The notes under the pieces are model-generated. The model did not search any database. It was not told where the DNA came from and saw nothing but the letters and a program-made list of their open reading frames with translations. A program made the translations under genes and the position numbers. A DNA stretch of 64,000 nt from an uncultured virus (IMG/VR IMGVR_UViG_3300017714_004846) (lineage: Duplodnaviria; Heunggongvirae; Uroviricota; Caudoviricetes), in the IMG/VR virus record IMGVR_UViG_3300017714_004846; one strand, 5' to 3'. Positions 37,037-45,507 of the stretch are shown piece after piece; positions within the stretch are counted from its first letter, which is position 1, and each line of letters begins with the position of its first letter.

Positions 37037-40000
37037 TAAATCTCACCTCTTCCTGTGGGTGCAGCACTGCGGACTTGCCAATTTTCTGGTAAGCGGTCAA
37101 TCATGAATTGTTCTGTAATCAAATCTTCTCGGACTGCAAAGATAAGTGCCTCTTCTGAAGAAGCAAAAATTAGAATTTGTCCTGTGGCATCACGATACCA
37201 ACAATCATTGCGTTCATCCCAAATTCCACATTGAGCATACTTTCGGTTTTGATATTCCTCTACGGCTTCATTGATTCGTTCTTGTAGTTCATTGAGTTTG
37301 TCTGGTTCTTCAATACCCCAATTTTGAGCATTGGCTAAAACTTGTTGGGCTTGATTAACTATTTCTTGGGCTTTGGCATCGTCTTCTAAGTTAGCAGGGT
37401 TGGCTTGAGGCAAGGCTTGTTCCACAGTTTCTACTGCATTCTCGGCTACGGCCAAAATATCTTCTACCAAGTCTGGATTATCACTATCAGCAAATTCACC
37501 GGGCATGGTATCCCGATTTCTGGCTTCAGCATTAGTAAGTGCCTCATCTAAATCATTAAACGCAGGTATTTGGTCTAATAAAGTTTGAAAATCAGATACA
37601 TCTGCACCTGCTTCTTCGGCAGCATCTAACGCCTGTTGTGCTGCACTCAGGGCTTCTGCCACAGCATTTCTATCAGACTGGTCGCCATCAATAGCAGTTT
37701 CACGAGCCAGTTGCGCTGCTTCTACGGCTGCTACGGCTGCTATGATTGCATCTTCTGGATTCTCATTATTGAGTGATTCTATGGCAGTATCTCTGTTGTC
37801 TACTGCTTCTTGAGCAAAATTTTGGGCCAAAGATTGAGATTCTCCTACCTCTCCAGCATTCAGTTCATCAATTACGGCTTGAATTTCCTCTGCGAGTTCA
37901 GGATTATTTTCTTGGGCTTGAGACAAAGCCTCTGTAGCCGCATCACGAGCAGCATTGGCATTATTTACATCTTCTGGATTATTGGGGTTAGCATTTCCAA
38001 GGGCTCTTTCGGCTTCTTCGGCAGCCTTAATAGCATTTTCCATAGCACCGCTGTTATCAGAATTATTGGTGGCTTCCATAGTGGCATCACGGGCAGATTC
38101 CGCTGCGTCTTTGGCTGCTGCTACATTGTTAGAACGGTCTTGGGCAGTATTTTCTGCGGATTGATTACCTGCTTGAAGTCCTTGATTCGCTGCATTGGTC
38201 TGCAATTCTGCGGCAGTGGGAACATTTTGCTCCTCTACAAATGGATTGGTGCTGGCTGGACCATAATCTTGAATCATGTCATTGTCTTCCATCTGATTAT
38301 TTTCCTGTTCAATTTGGTTTATCAAATTATCAACACTATCAATTTCATCTTGTTGTTGGGGAGGTTCAGTCATATCTGGTGAATCGGGCGCAAATGGCAC
38401 CCATCGTGATGAGTCCTCTGGGTCTTGATAATCCTCATTAGGGGTGAGTTGAATAAATATCAAATTGCTACCAGAAGTTTCCATGGTCAGGTAATCGGAA
38501 TCTGCAATACCTGTTAATCCCTCTTGGGCCAAATCTCGGTGTCCTTCATTTTGGAAACGCAACATCATTTCCGAGGGCAGAGGGAACATCATTTCGTAAT
38601 TGCCAGACAATATATTATTTTCATCCAGAAGTTTTTCAATTCCTGAGAAATCTAAAGTTTTTCCCACCACTCCTGTAAATCCGGGCATATACAACAGGTG
38701 TCGCCATGCGTTAGTAGGAGATTCAACAGCAGATGTTAGCGAAGCATTACCTAAGTTAATCCACCACCATGAAGGTTCAGGAGGTTCAACATCGGGTGAA
38801 GGAGGCGTGTCAGGTGAGGGGCTGGGTGGTGCTGACTCATTATTTAACATTTCTAAATTACTGGGCAACAATCCCAAATACCAATTGGAGAATCCCTGTG
38901 AAGTAGATTCGTTAGAAGTAATAAGAATACATTCAGGAGGATAAACACCTTCATAGGCATCCTGTGGCAAAACCTCAACAATAGAACCAATGCCTAAAGA
39001 AGTAGGTTGATAGGGAATGTGGTATTCAAAATATTCTGCTATGTTGGTAGTAGTTCCGTCATCAGTAGACATCGGGGTTGAATAGTTTCCGTCCAGATTC
39101 ACAATTTTGGCTTTAGGTGGACTGGGAGGTGTATCGGGCGAGGGTCCGGGTGGAGTGTCTGGCGATGGACCGGGTGGTGAATCAGGGCTGGGAGGCGCAT
39201 TTGGGTCTGGAGGCCCAGAAGGTCCGGGCGGTCCGGGCGGTCCGGGTGGGCCATTGGGTCCGGGACTTGGAGGCGCATTGGGATTAGGGGGTCCAGCAGG
39301 GCCGGGAGGTCCGGGTGGAGCATTGGGATTAGGTGGACCGGGCGGTGCATTAGGGTCTGGTGGTCCAGAGGGTCCGGGGCTTGGAGGTGCATTTGGGTCA
39401 GGTGGACCTGAAGGGCTGGGTTTCGGAGCAGAGTCATCATCAGAGGGTCCGGGAACTTCTTTTCCTCCCTTGCCACCGGGTTGTCTTTCATCTTCAGGTT
39501 TCTTAGGGGGTTGAGGTGGCGCAATTGGGTCTGGTGGGCCGGGGCTTGGAGGTCCGGGAGGTCCGGGTGGACCGGGTGGGCCGGGTGGACCGGGCTCTGG
39601 AGTTGGCAATGGACCGGGCATTTTCTTAGATGGGTCAGGCGGTTGAGGCGGGCCGGGTGGACCGGGTGGGCCGGGGTCTGGAGTATCAGAAGGATTATCA
39701 GGGTTATCAGAATTTGTTCCTCCTCCATCACTGTTTCTTCCTCCTGAACCTCCGCCTTGACGATTAGAGGATTGCAAATTACCTTGATTTAGGTTTCGGT
39801 CTACATCTTCAGAAGAGGTTTGAACCACATAATTTGCTTCCGCATCTACTTCAGTGGTAGCCACTAAAACCACGGCAACACCCACAGATTCTACTTCCAC
39901 AGAAAAATAGGGTGCAATAGATAAAATTTGAATCAAATCATTGGGGTCAAGCATGGATGCCAGATTAGTAAAATAGGCTTCATCAGAAGACATAGAACCG

Positions 40001-40176
40001 CTAATTCCCTGAGATTCTAACCAATCTGTGACATTCAGGAGGGTAAGTGGGCCTATATCTGGATGCACAGGAACTGGACGAAGCGTAGGGTCAGCGGCAG
40101 GAAGGGATAATGCAACGGTGTTTCCATTATTTACATTGATGCCCATAACAACTGTGCCGTCTGGGGGAAGTGCCAT
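37036..40176 (-). CDS. 1046-aa Pro/Gly-rich (collagen-like) protein with Ala-rich helical C-half
   Basis: GPP runs and PPSPGP/PPDPNA repeats; promoter ttaaatagca 40196-40205 (minus), 29 nt upstream. Confidence 0.85.
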   Translation of the reverse strand: MALPPDGTVVMGINVNNGNTVALSLPAADPTLRPVPVHPDIGPLTLLNVTDWLESQGISGSMSSDEAYFTNLASMLDPNDLIQILSIAPYFSVEVESVGVAVVLVATTEVDAEANYVVQTSSEDVDRNLNQGNLQSSNRQGGGSGGRNSDGGGTNSDNPDNPSDTPDPGPPGPPGPPQPPDPSKKMPGPLPTPEPGPPGPPGPPGPPGPPSPGPPDPIAPPQPPKKPEDERQPGGKGGKEVPGPSDDDSAPKPSPSGPPDPNAPPSPGPSGPPDPNAPPGPPNPNAPPGPPGPAGPPNPNAPPSPGPNGPPGPPGPPGPSGPPDPNAPPSPDSPPGPSPDTPPGPSPDTPPSPPKAKIVNLDGNYSTPMSTDDGTTTNIAEYFEYHIPYQPTSLGIGSIVEVLPQDAYEGVYPPECILITSNESTSQGFSNWYLGLLPSNLEMLNNESAPPSPSPDTPPSPDVEPPEPSWWWINLGNASLTSAVESPTNAWRHLLYMPGFTGVVGKTLDFSGIEKLLDENNILSGNYEMMFPLPSEMMLRFQNEGHRDLAQEGLTGIADSDYLTMETSGSNLIFIQLTPNEDYQDPEDSSRWVPFAPDSPDMTEPPQQQDEIDSVDNLINQIEQENNQMEDNDMIQDYGPASTNPFVEEQNVPTAAELQTNAANQGLQAGNQSAENTAQDRSNNVAAAKDAAESARDATMEATNNSDNSGAMENAIKAAEEAERALGNANPNNPEDVNNANAARDAATEALSQAQENNPELAEEIQAVIDELNAGEVGESQSLAQNFAQEAVDNRDTAIESLNNENPEDAIIAAVAAVEAAQLARETAIDGDQSDRNAVAEALSAAQQALDAAEEAGADVSDFQTLLDQIPAFNDLDEALTNAEARNRDTMPGEFADSDNPDLVEDILAVAENAVETVEQALPQANPANLEDDAKAQEIVNQAQQVLANAQNWGIEEPDKLNELQERINEAVEEYQNRKYAQCGIWDERNDCWYRDATGQILIFASSEEALIFAVREDLITEQFMIDRLPENWQVRSAAPTGRGEI
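39110..39680 (-). repeat. coding low-complexity GC-rich repeats (GPP / PPSP / PPDPNA)
   Basis: Recurrent ggtccgggc / ggaccgggt units on the plus strand. Confidence 0.85.
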
Positions 40177-40387
40177 GCTTTTATTATCTCTAACCTGCTA
40201 TTTAAGATTGTTGTTGATAATCCCTTGAGTCTGGCTCTATTATAGATACAATGCGCCCGCACATGAGGCACTGGGTATATGAACTTACGGCTGAAAGTGT
40301 TATGTTAAATAGGTAATGTGACACACTTAATATTAGCCCCAACAAAAAACGGGTAATAAACACAAAAATAAAAAAAGGTGAAAAAAT

Positions 40388-40867
40388 ATGAGCAATGAAA
40401 ACACAAACACAGATGTAGCAGCCTTCCTAACGGAACTAAAAGAACTTCAACCAGAGCGACCTGCTCGCCAACTGGTTAATTACGAAACCTTCAAACCAGA
40501 GATGGACCATGTATACCGTGGATACACTCTTGAAGGATACACCGAAGGAATTGAATCTCCTCTTGGTTCAGTCAGCACAGCAGTCAGAATGGTCGCACCC
40601 GGCAACGATGGTGAAGCACCAGAAGGACGCAGAATCACAGTTTGGCTCTCTTCTTACGAGCAGAACGACTTCCAACGCTTCCTTAACGACAATGTTGCAT
40701 CCAACGACGATGTTTCTCTCCCAGTGACCATTGATTGGCTACGCCGAATGGAGAAGTCCCAAAAGACTGGCCGTGATTACAAGCAATTCTTTGCAATCTT
40801 CCGTGGAGCAGCAGACCGTGACGCACTTCCTGAAGTTCACACTGACCAACTAAAGCAGGACGACTAA
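40388..40867 (+). CDS. putative single-stranded DNA-binding (OB-fold-like) protein
   Basis: Beta-strand pattern, KSQKTGRDYKQF, acidic tail, long A-rich leader with AGGTGA, directly upstream of MCM (function inferred). Confidence 0.45.
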   Translation: MSNENTNTDVAAFLTELKELQPERPARQLVNYETFKPEMDHVYRGYTLEGYTEGIESPLGSVSTAVRMVAPGNDGEAPEGRRITVWLSSYEQNDFQRFLNDNVASNDDVSLPVTIDWLRRMEKSQKTGRDYKQFFAIFRGAADRDALPEVHTDQLKQDD

Positions 40868-40955
40868 TCTTAGTCATATCGCCAAACTTTGCCCAAAAAT
40901 AGGGCAGAGGTCTGATTCTATCAGCGTAAGCCATCACTTGATGGGCCTTTGCCTT
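40862..40955 (+). other. multi-hairpin structured intergenic element
   Basis: gactaa/ttagtc, ctttgccc/gggcagag, ctgat/atcag, ccatca/tgatgg and agggcagaggt/gcctttgcctt pairings. Confidence 0.5.
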
Positions 40956-40993
40956 TGCGGGATTGTTTTTATAGGTGATAGTAAGATTGGAGG

Positions 40994-42670
40994 TTGGAGG
41001 TATGCGAGTTGATATACGAACCTATACGGGAATTCGTTAAGTCATGCTCCCAAACTTTCCCTGAACAGACTGTTTCTGTTGAATCTTTATATCGTTCCCA
41101 AATTGGGATGGCCCAAAGAGAAGGCTCTGGCATTTGTATCAAAATGGATGCCAGTCCATTGAATCCTCGGACTCCATCTCCAGATGAAACGGGAATTTGG
41201 TTCACGCTAAGTGATGGAAACTACGCCATAGAATGTTTAGTCCACAACGGTTATTCCGTTCCCAGTGGATTTCATTCTAATGAACAGTTAGAAGAAACCA
41301 TGATGGCTCTTCGTGATTCGCTTCGTAATGGCAGAAACATTGTTGTGAGTGGTGAATACCACATCGTCAATCGTGATAGAGTGTTCTTGGTCAATAAGAT
41401 TACGCCCTTTGAAAATATGGGCAAAAGTCAAATGACTGATGAGCAACTATCTCAATTCTTGGACCTATGCAGTGAATTAAAGGTCACGCCTCTGGATATT
41501 ATGATGGAGGACGAAACACTTTGGAGAGAATTTTATGCTCCTGATGTGTTGAAAAAAGCCGTGATGTTATACTGCTTGAGTCCACAGAAGAAAAGCGACT
41601 TGATGCACATTGGATTGGTCACATCTATGGGTGAGGGTAAAGACCACTTGATTGAAAGAGTGGTGCAACCCTTAGTTCCTGTGGGCGTGGCTGGTTCAGG
41701 CAAAATGTCTACGATTGCGGGGTTATTTGGGGCCATGAATGGTGACGACTTAAGTAGCATTGAATTAGGATTGATTCCTAAGATGAATCACGAAAGAATG
41801 GCCGTGAGTGAATTCCAAACATGGGATGATACGGTCTTTGGTGAATTGATGAATGTCATGGCTAACGGCAAATTTGAGATGCAGAAAGGTCAATTAGATA
41901 TTTCTCGGCCGGGTTGCGTCAATATGATGTTTCTGGGTAATCCTCCTAAACACTGGACTAAAGACCATGATAACGCTGATATGTTAGAGAGTTTTGGTGA
42001 TTACACTTACCAGATTCTTTCTCGTTTGACCCTGATTTTTACTCAAATGAGTATCTCGGGCGATGAAGCAGAAACCATGATTGAAGATAAAATTATGGAT
42101 GCTATGAATGGTGATTTTGAAGACCCAAAAATATTGGCGGAAATGGAAATGTGGAGAAGGTTCTTTAAAGAATATCTACGCAAGGTTTCAGCAATTATCC
42201 CAGATATTTCGGCGCAAAAAGGTCTAATTCGTAATACCTATCACGAAAGCATTAAGCAAGACCCAATTTTTAAGGCTGTGTTCTTGGAGCGAAGCGAAAA
42301 GGATATGAGAAAATATCAGAGTTTCACTAACTTGTGTCGTAGTTTTGCTCGGTTAGAAGGATGTAGAGAGGTCACACCAGACCATATTACTGAAGCCACA
42401 GAAATTTTACAAACCAGTATCAAGACGCTACATGAAACCTTCCCTCTGGATGAACTTCGTGCAGGAATGACTTCGGAACAACGGGTTATTTATCTTGCTA
42501 TGAAAGAGGCTATTGGTGATGCTGAATCGGTGGACTTGAAAACTCTCCGAGCCATGATGGTAGACCAGAAATTTTCCGATAGTGATTTAGACACTTTAGA
42601 GTCAGCAAAATGCCTCCGTAGGTCTGAAAATCAAGATGGAACTATATTCATTACCATCACTAAAAAATAA
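40994..42670 (+). CDS. mcm: divergent MCM-family helicase
   Basis: HIGLV..GEGKD (Walker A), STIAGL, IELGL, AVSEF (Walker B), ILSRL, R..QSF..L.RSFARL; C-terminal winged-helix-like segment; start uncertain. Confidence 0.8.
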   Translation: MEVCELIYEPIREFVKSCSQTFPEQTVSVESLYRSQIGMAQREGSGICIKMDASPLNPRTPSPDETGIWFTLSDGNYAIECLVHNGYSVPSGFHSNEQLEETMMALRDSLRNGRNIVVSGEYHIVNRDRVFLVNKITPFENMGKSQMTDEQLSQFLDLCSELKVTPLDIMMEDETLWREFYAPDVLKKAVMLYCLSPQKKSDLMHIGLVTSMGEGKDHLIERVVQPLVPVGVAGSGKMSTIAGLFGAMNGDDLSSIELGLIPKMNHERMAVSEFQTWDDTVFGELMNVMANGKFEMQKGQLDISRPGCVNMMFLGNPPKHWTKDHDNADMLESFGDYTYQILSRLTLIFTQMSISGDEAETMIEDKIMDAMNGDFEDPKILAEMEMWRRFFKEYLRKVSAIIPDISAQKGLIRNTYHESIKQDPIFKAVFLERSEKDMRKYQSFTNLCRSFARLEGCREVTPDHITEATEILQTSIKTLHETFPLDELRAGMTSEQRVIYLAMKEAIGDAESVDLKTLRAMMVDQKFSDSDLDTLESAKCLRRSENQDGTIFITITKK

Positions 42671-42703
42671 ACTCTTAAATAGAAGGTAGGAGTAGTAGTT
42701 ATT

Positions 42704-43660
42704 ATGCCACTGAATCCCGAGGCCGCTAATCGTGCGGCTGTAGCCGTGAACAGGGTTTTGACTCTGGGCGATAGTTTCACTGCGGCGGCGAAAGCAACCT
42801 CTACTACGGTGGCGACTATGAAGCGATGGTTGGCTAACAATTCAGTTTCAATTTCTAATCAGAACGGTCGTTGGGTCATCAATCGTAGTCCTGCACAAAA
42901 GATTCCCGAATTTTTGGAGTTGATTTGGAATGGAGATTCTGCTACATCCGCTGCTCGCACAGTTAATTCTACAGTTAATACCATGAGTAATCAGATGTTG
43001 CCCGATGACTCGGGAGTTCAACGACCCATTATAGTCAAAGTAGGCAACAATTGGACTCCGAATTTTATCGGAGTCCGAGATTATAGCATGACATTACACG
43101 GCAGTTTAATTGGACTCAATGATGCGGTTCAGGGGCGTGGTCAGCAAGCAGGACCTGATGCCCAGCAAGATGAAGCCGATACCGAATATGCAGATATTTG
43201 GTGGCAAGTGGATTTCAACAATTTCTCTTCAACACTGGGTTTAGGAGAGGTGGGTCAATTTTGGAAAAATGATATTGTGTCTTACTTACGACAATATTTA
43301 GAAACACCTAATATGTCTAATACCACTTTGGCTAACAGATTTTTAGGGAATGCAGATGTGGTTTCTCATGCTAACAGCAATGACCGAATCGCCGCAAATG
43401 GTTCTATGAGTGTCAGCAGATTGGAACAATTTTTGGAAAGATATGATTTAAGGATGTCGCCTGATGTCACGGTGGGGGTAGAACCTGCTTCTGGATTAGT
43501 GAGTCCGATTACATGGTATTGGGTCGGAGATTTTGCTGATGATGGTTCAGATAGAATTGCCTCTGGTTTGTGGCAAGTGATGTTCCTGACTAATGCTGAA
43601 AGACAAGAATATCCTATCACAATTAATTTTGAATACGACCTCTTAGATGAGATTGAGTAA
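42704..43660 (+). CDS. protein with two N-terminal HTH-like repeats
   Basis: GDSFTAAAKATSTTVATM and GDSATSAARTVNSTVNTM; promoter ttaaatagaa 42675-42684. Confidence 0.65.
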   Translation: MPLNPEAANRAAVAVNRVLTLGDSFTAAAKATSTTVATMKRWLANNSVSISNQNGRWVINRSPAQKIPEFLELIWNGDSATSAARTVNSTVNTMSNQMLPDDSGVQRPIIVKVGNNWTPNFIGVRDYSMTLHGSLIGLNDAVQGRGQQAGPDAQQDEADTEYADIWWQVDFNNFSSTLGLGEVGQFWKNDIVSYLRQYLETPNMSNTTLANRFLGNADVVSHANSNDRIAANGSMSVSRLEQFLERYDLRMSPDVTVGVEPASGLVSPITWYWVGDFADDGSDRIASGLWQVMFLTNAERQEYPITINFEYDLLDEIE

Positions 43661-43711
43661 AGTGTTAAATAGGTAATACCCATAGTGGTAATTAACCAAC
43701 AGGTGTTAATT

Positions 43712-44125
43712 ATGGAACAAGAAATTATGATTGCTGCAGGTGGTATTGGTGTCATCGCTGCGGGCTACGCTGCCCGTTGGTGGAAGAAGAACCGAAGCAC
43801 TGTGGTAGAAGAAATTGCCGAAAAAATTGAAGATGTGATTGAAGATGCAACAGGTCAAGAAGTTGATTTGAACGCAGCAATTGAAGAAGTAGTTGAGGCT
43901 GCTGAAGATGTTGTTGAAGATGTTGCTGATGCAGTTGAAGAAGGTGCAGACCTTGATGAAATCAAGGATGTAGTTAGCGATTCCGCTGCAGAAGAAATTG
44001 CAGAATTGAAGGAAGACCTCGCTGCATTGACTGTGGCTGAACTTAAAAACCGACTCAAAGATGCAGGATTGCCTGTTTCGGGTAATAAATTGACTCTTAT
44101 CAAGCGTTTGGAGGCTTCAGAATGA
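43712..44125 (+). CDS. membrane-anchored acidic protein with C-terminal SAP domain
   Basis: N-terminal TM; LTVAELKNRLKDAGLPVSGNKLTLIKRL; promoter 43665-43674, SD AGGTG. Confidence 0.85.
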   Translation: MEQEIMIAAGGIGVIAAGYAARWWKKNRSTVVEEIAEKIEDVIEDATGQEVDLNAAIEEVVEAAEDVVEDVADAVEEGADLDEIKDVVSDSAAEEIAELKEDLAALTVAELKNRLKDAGLPVSGNKLTLIKRLEASE

Positions 44126-44280
44126 ACTGGAAGAAAATTGGATTGGGTGCAAGCCTTGTGTCTATTCTTGGCAGTATTGCTATCTATTTTGCTCACGACC
44201 ATGACCTCGGTATTTTCGTAGGTCTTTGGGCTTCTGCTTTGTTGCTTCTAAGCGACCGCATGGCAGAACTAAGCGAGTGA
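44122..44280 (+). CDS. 52-aa two-TM protein (not in ORF track)
   Basis: MNWKKIGLGASLVSILGSIAIYFAHDHDLGIFVGLWASALLLLSDRMAELSE; ATGA-coupled. Confidence 0.7.
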   Translation: MNWKKIGLGASLVSILGSIAIYFAHDHDLGIFVGLWASALLLLSDRMAELSE

Positions 44281-44312
44281 AACTTAAATAGCAACACTAC
44301 GAATGTAGTGGT

Positions 44313-45503
44313 ATGGCTGAATACTACGCCGTCCCCCATGATGAAATGGAGGAATTTCTACGACAACGCCGTTTTGTCCCAGTGGAATTAAGTTATCGCA
44401 ATCGTCCAGTCAAAGAATGGGTCTATGAACGCAAGTTGCCTCGTAGTCCGGGCCATTGGGTAAGAATCTACACAGGCATTAACCGCTACGGTAAAGATGC
44501 AGGTGATAGTCGCAAATCTGGTAAAGATGCTATTCGTGTGCAAGTTATTTATCGTGATGGCTTAGGTGAAACTTTAGTGAGCCAACCAAAAAGGGTTCAT
44601 AGAGTATCAGGCTGGGCCGAAAATCTGGATAAAAGATTGAAAGAAGTGGCAGAAAAACTCCCTCGTGTGGCTTACGATAGTCGTGGACAACCCATGACTC
44701 TCCGAAAAGGCAAGTCTGGTTATTTCTGGGGTAGTAGAGATTATCCTCGCTACAAAGAAACTCGCCCATTTAATTCAGAATCTGCTCCATTAGCGGGTCA
44801 AACCACGGAAGCACCCTACGAGATTAAGGTGTATGTTCCCTCTACCGATTTAGACCAGCCTGTGTCGGAAACCGAATTTCAATCTCGCATTGATGAAACT
44901 CAAGAAAAACTATCAGAACTTTTTGGTGGGTTCACTACCACAGAAGGTGATGGCGGATATTTGAGTCAAGAAGATGGCTTGATTAGCGAACCCGTAATGA
45001 TAGTCACTACTTGGGCTAATCCCGAAGAATATTTGGACAAGTTAAAAGAATTGGAAACTTTCTTGCAAGATAAACAACAGGATTGGGGACAGGAAGTTAT
45101 TGGTTTTGAATTTGAGAATGATTTCTTTATGTTTCCCGAATTTTCTGCAGAAGGTGACCCAGCGTGGATGAGTGACCCAGAAAAGAAAAGAACAGCATTC
45201 CTAAAACTACAAAAAGAAGATGGTGTGCCTCGTATTTGCGAAGTGTGCGAATCTGCTTATAGTGGCCTTTATCGTTATTCAACATTAGAACCTACATTTG
45301 AGGTATTTGTGGTCTGTAGAAATTGCGTTAAAAAATCAGAACGAGAATGGGGAGATATTTTTGGAATTAAACCTGATTGGACGGGGGAGAGGGCAGGAAA
45401 ACCTTCATCAGTAATCCACAATGTTCCCGAGGTTTCCGCAGGAAGTATCTTGCTAATTTCGGGCGCAATTGGATTCGCAATGGCTATATTTTTGGGTCGG
45501 TGA
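44313..45503 (+). CDS. multidomain protein (Cys-less topoisomerase-ribbon-like segment, DUF3574-like domain, Zn finger, C-terminal TM)
   Basis: MTLRKGKSGYFWG..YP; LFGGFT..G.GGY; CEVC..CRNC; domains split by FNSE and FSAE; promoter ttaaatagca 44284-44293. Confidence 0.7.
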   Translation: MAEYYAVPHDEMEEFLRQRRFVPVELSYRNRPVKEWVYERKLPRSPGHWVRIYTGINRYGKDAGDSRKSGKDAIRVQVIYRDGLGETLVSQPKRVHRVSGWAENLDKRLKEVAEKLPRVAYDSRGQPMTLRKGKSGYFWGSRDYPRYKETRPFNSESAPLAGQTTEAPYEIKVYVPSTDLDQPVSETEFQSRIDETQEKLSELFGGFTTTEGDGGYLSQEDGLISEPVMIVTTWANPEEYLDKLKELETFLQDKQQDWGQEVIGFEFENDFFMFPEFSAEGDPAWMSDPEKKRTAFLKLQKEDGVPRICEVCESAYSGLYRYSTLEPTFEVFVVCRNCVKKSEREWGDIFGIKPDWTGERAGKPSSVIHNVPEVSAGSILLISGAIGFAMAIFLGR

Positions 45504-45507
45504 TAAG

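Noticed and set aside
39099..39747. Alternative-frame ORFs over the GC-rich repeat, or a CRISPR-like array
   Set aside because: They are shadows of the Pro/Gly codon repeats of the 1046-aa gene; the units are in-frame and degenerate, with no spacers.
40251..40316. 21-codon ORF between divergent promoters
   Set aside because: No promoter at the expected spacing, no SD, and it runs into the next promoter.
40887..40955. tRNA gene
   Set aside because: Cloverleaf-like pairing is present, but there is no TTC T-loop, no 7-nt anticodon loop and no proper arm lengths.
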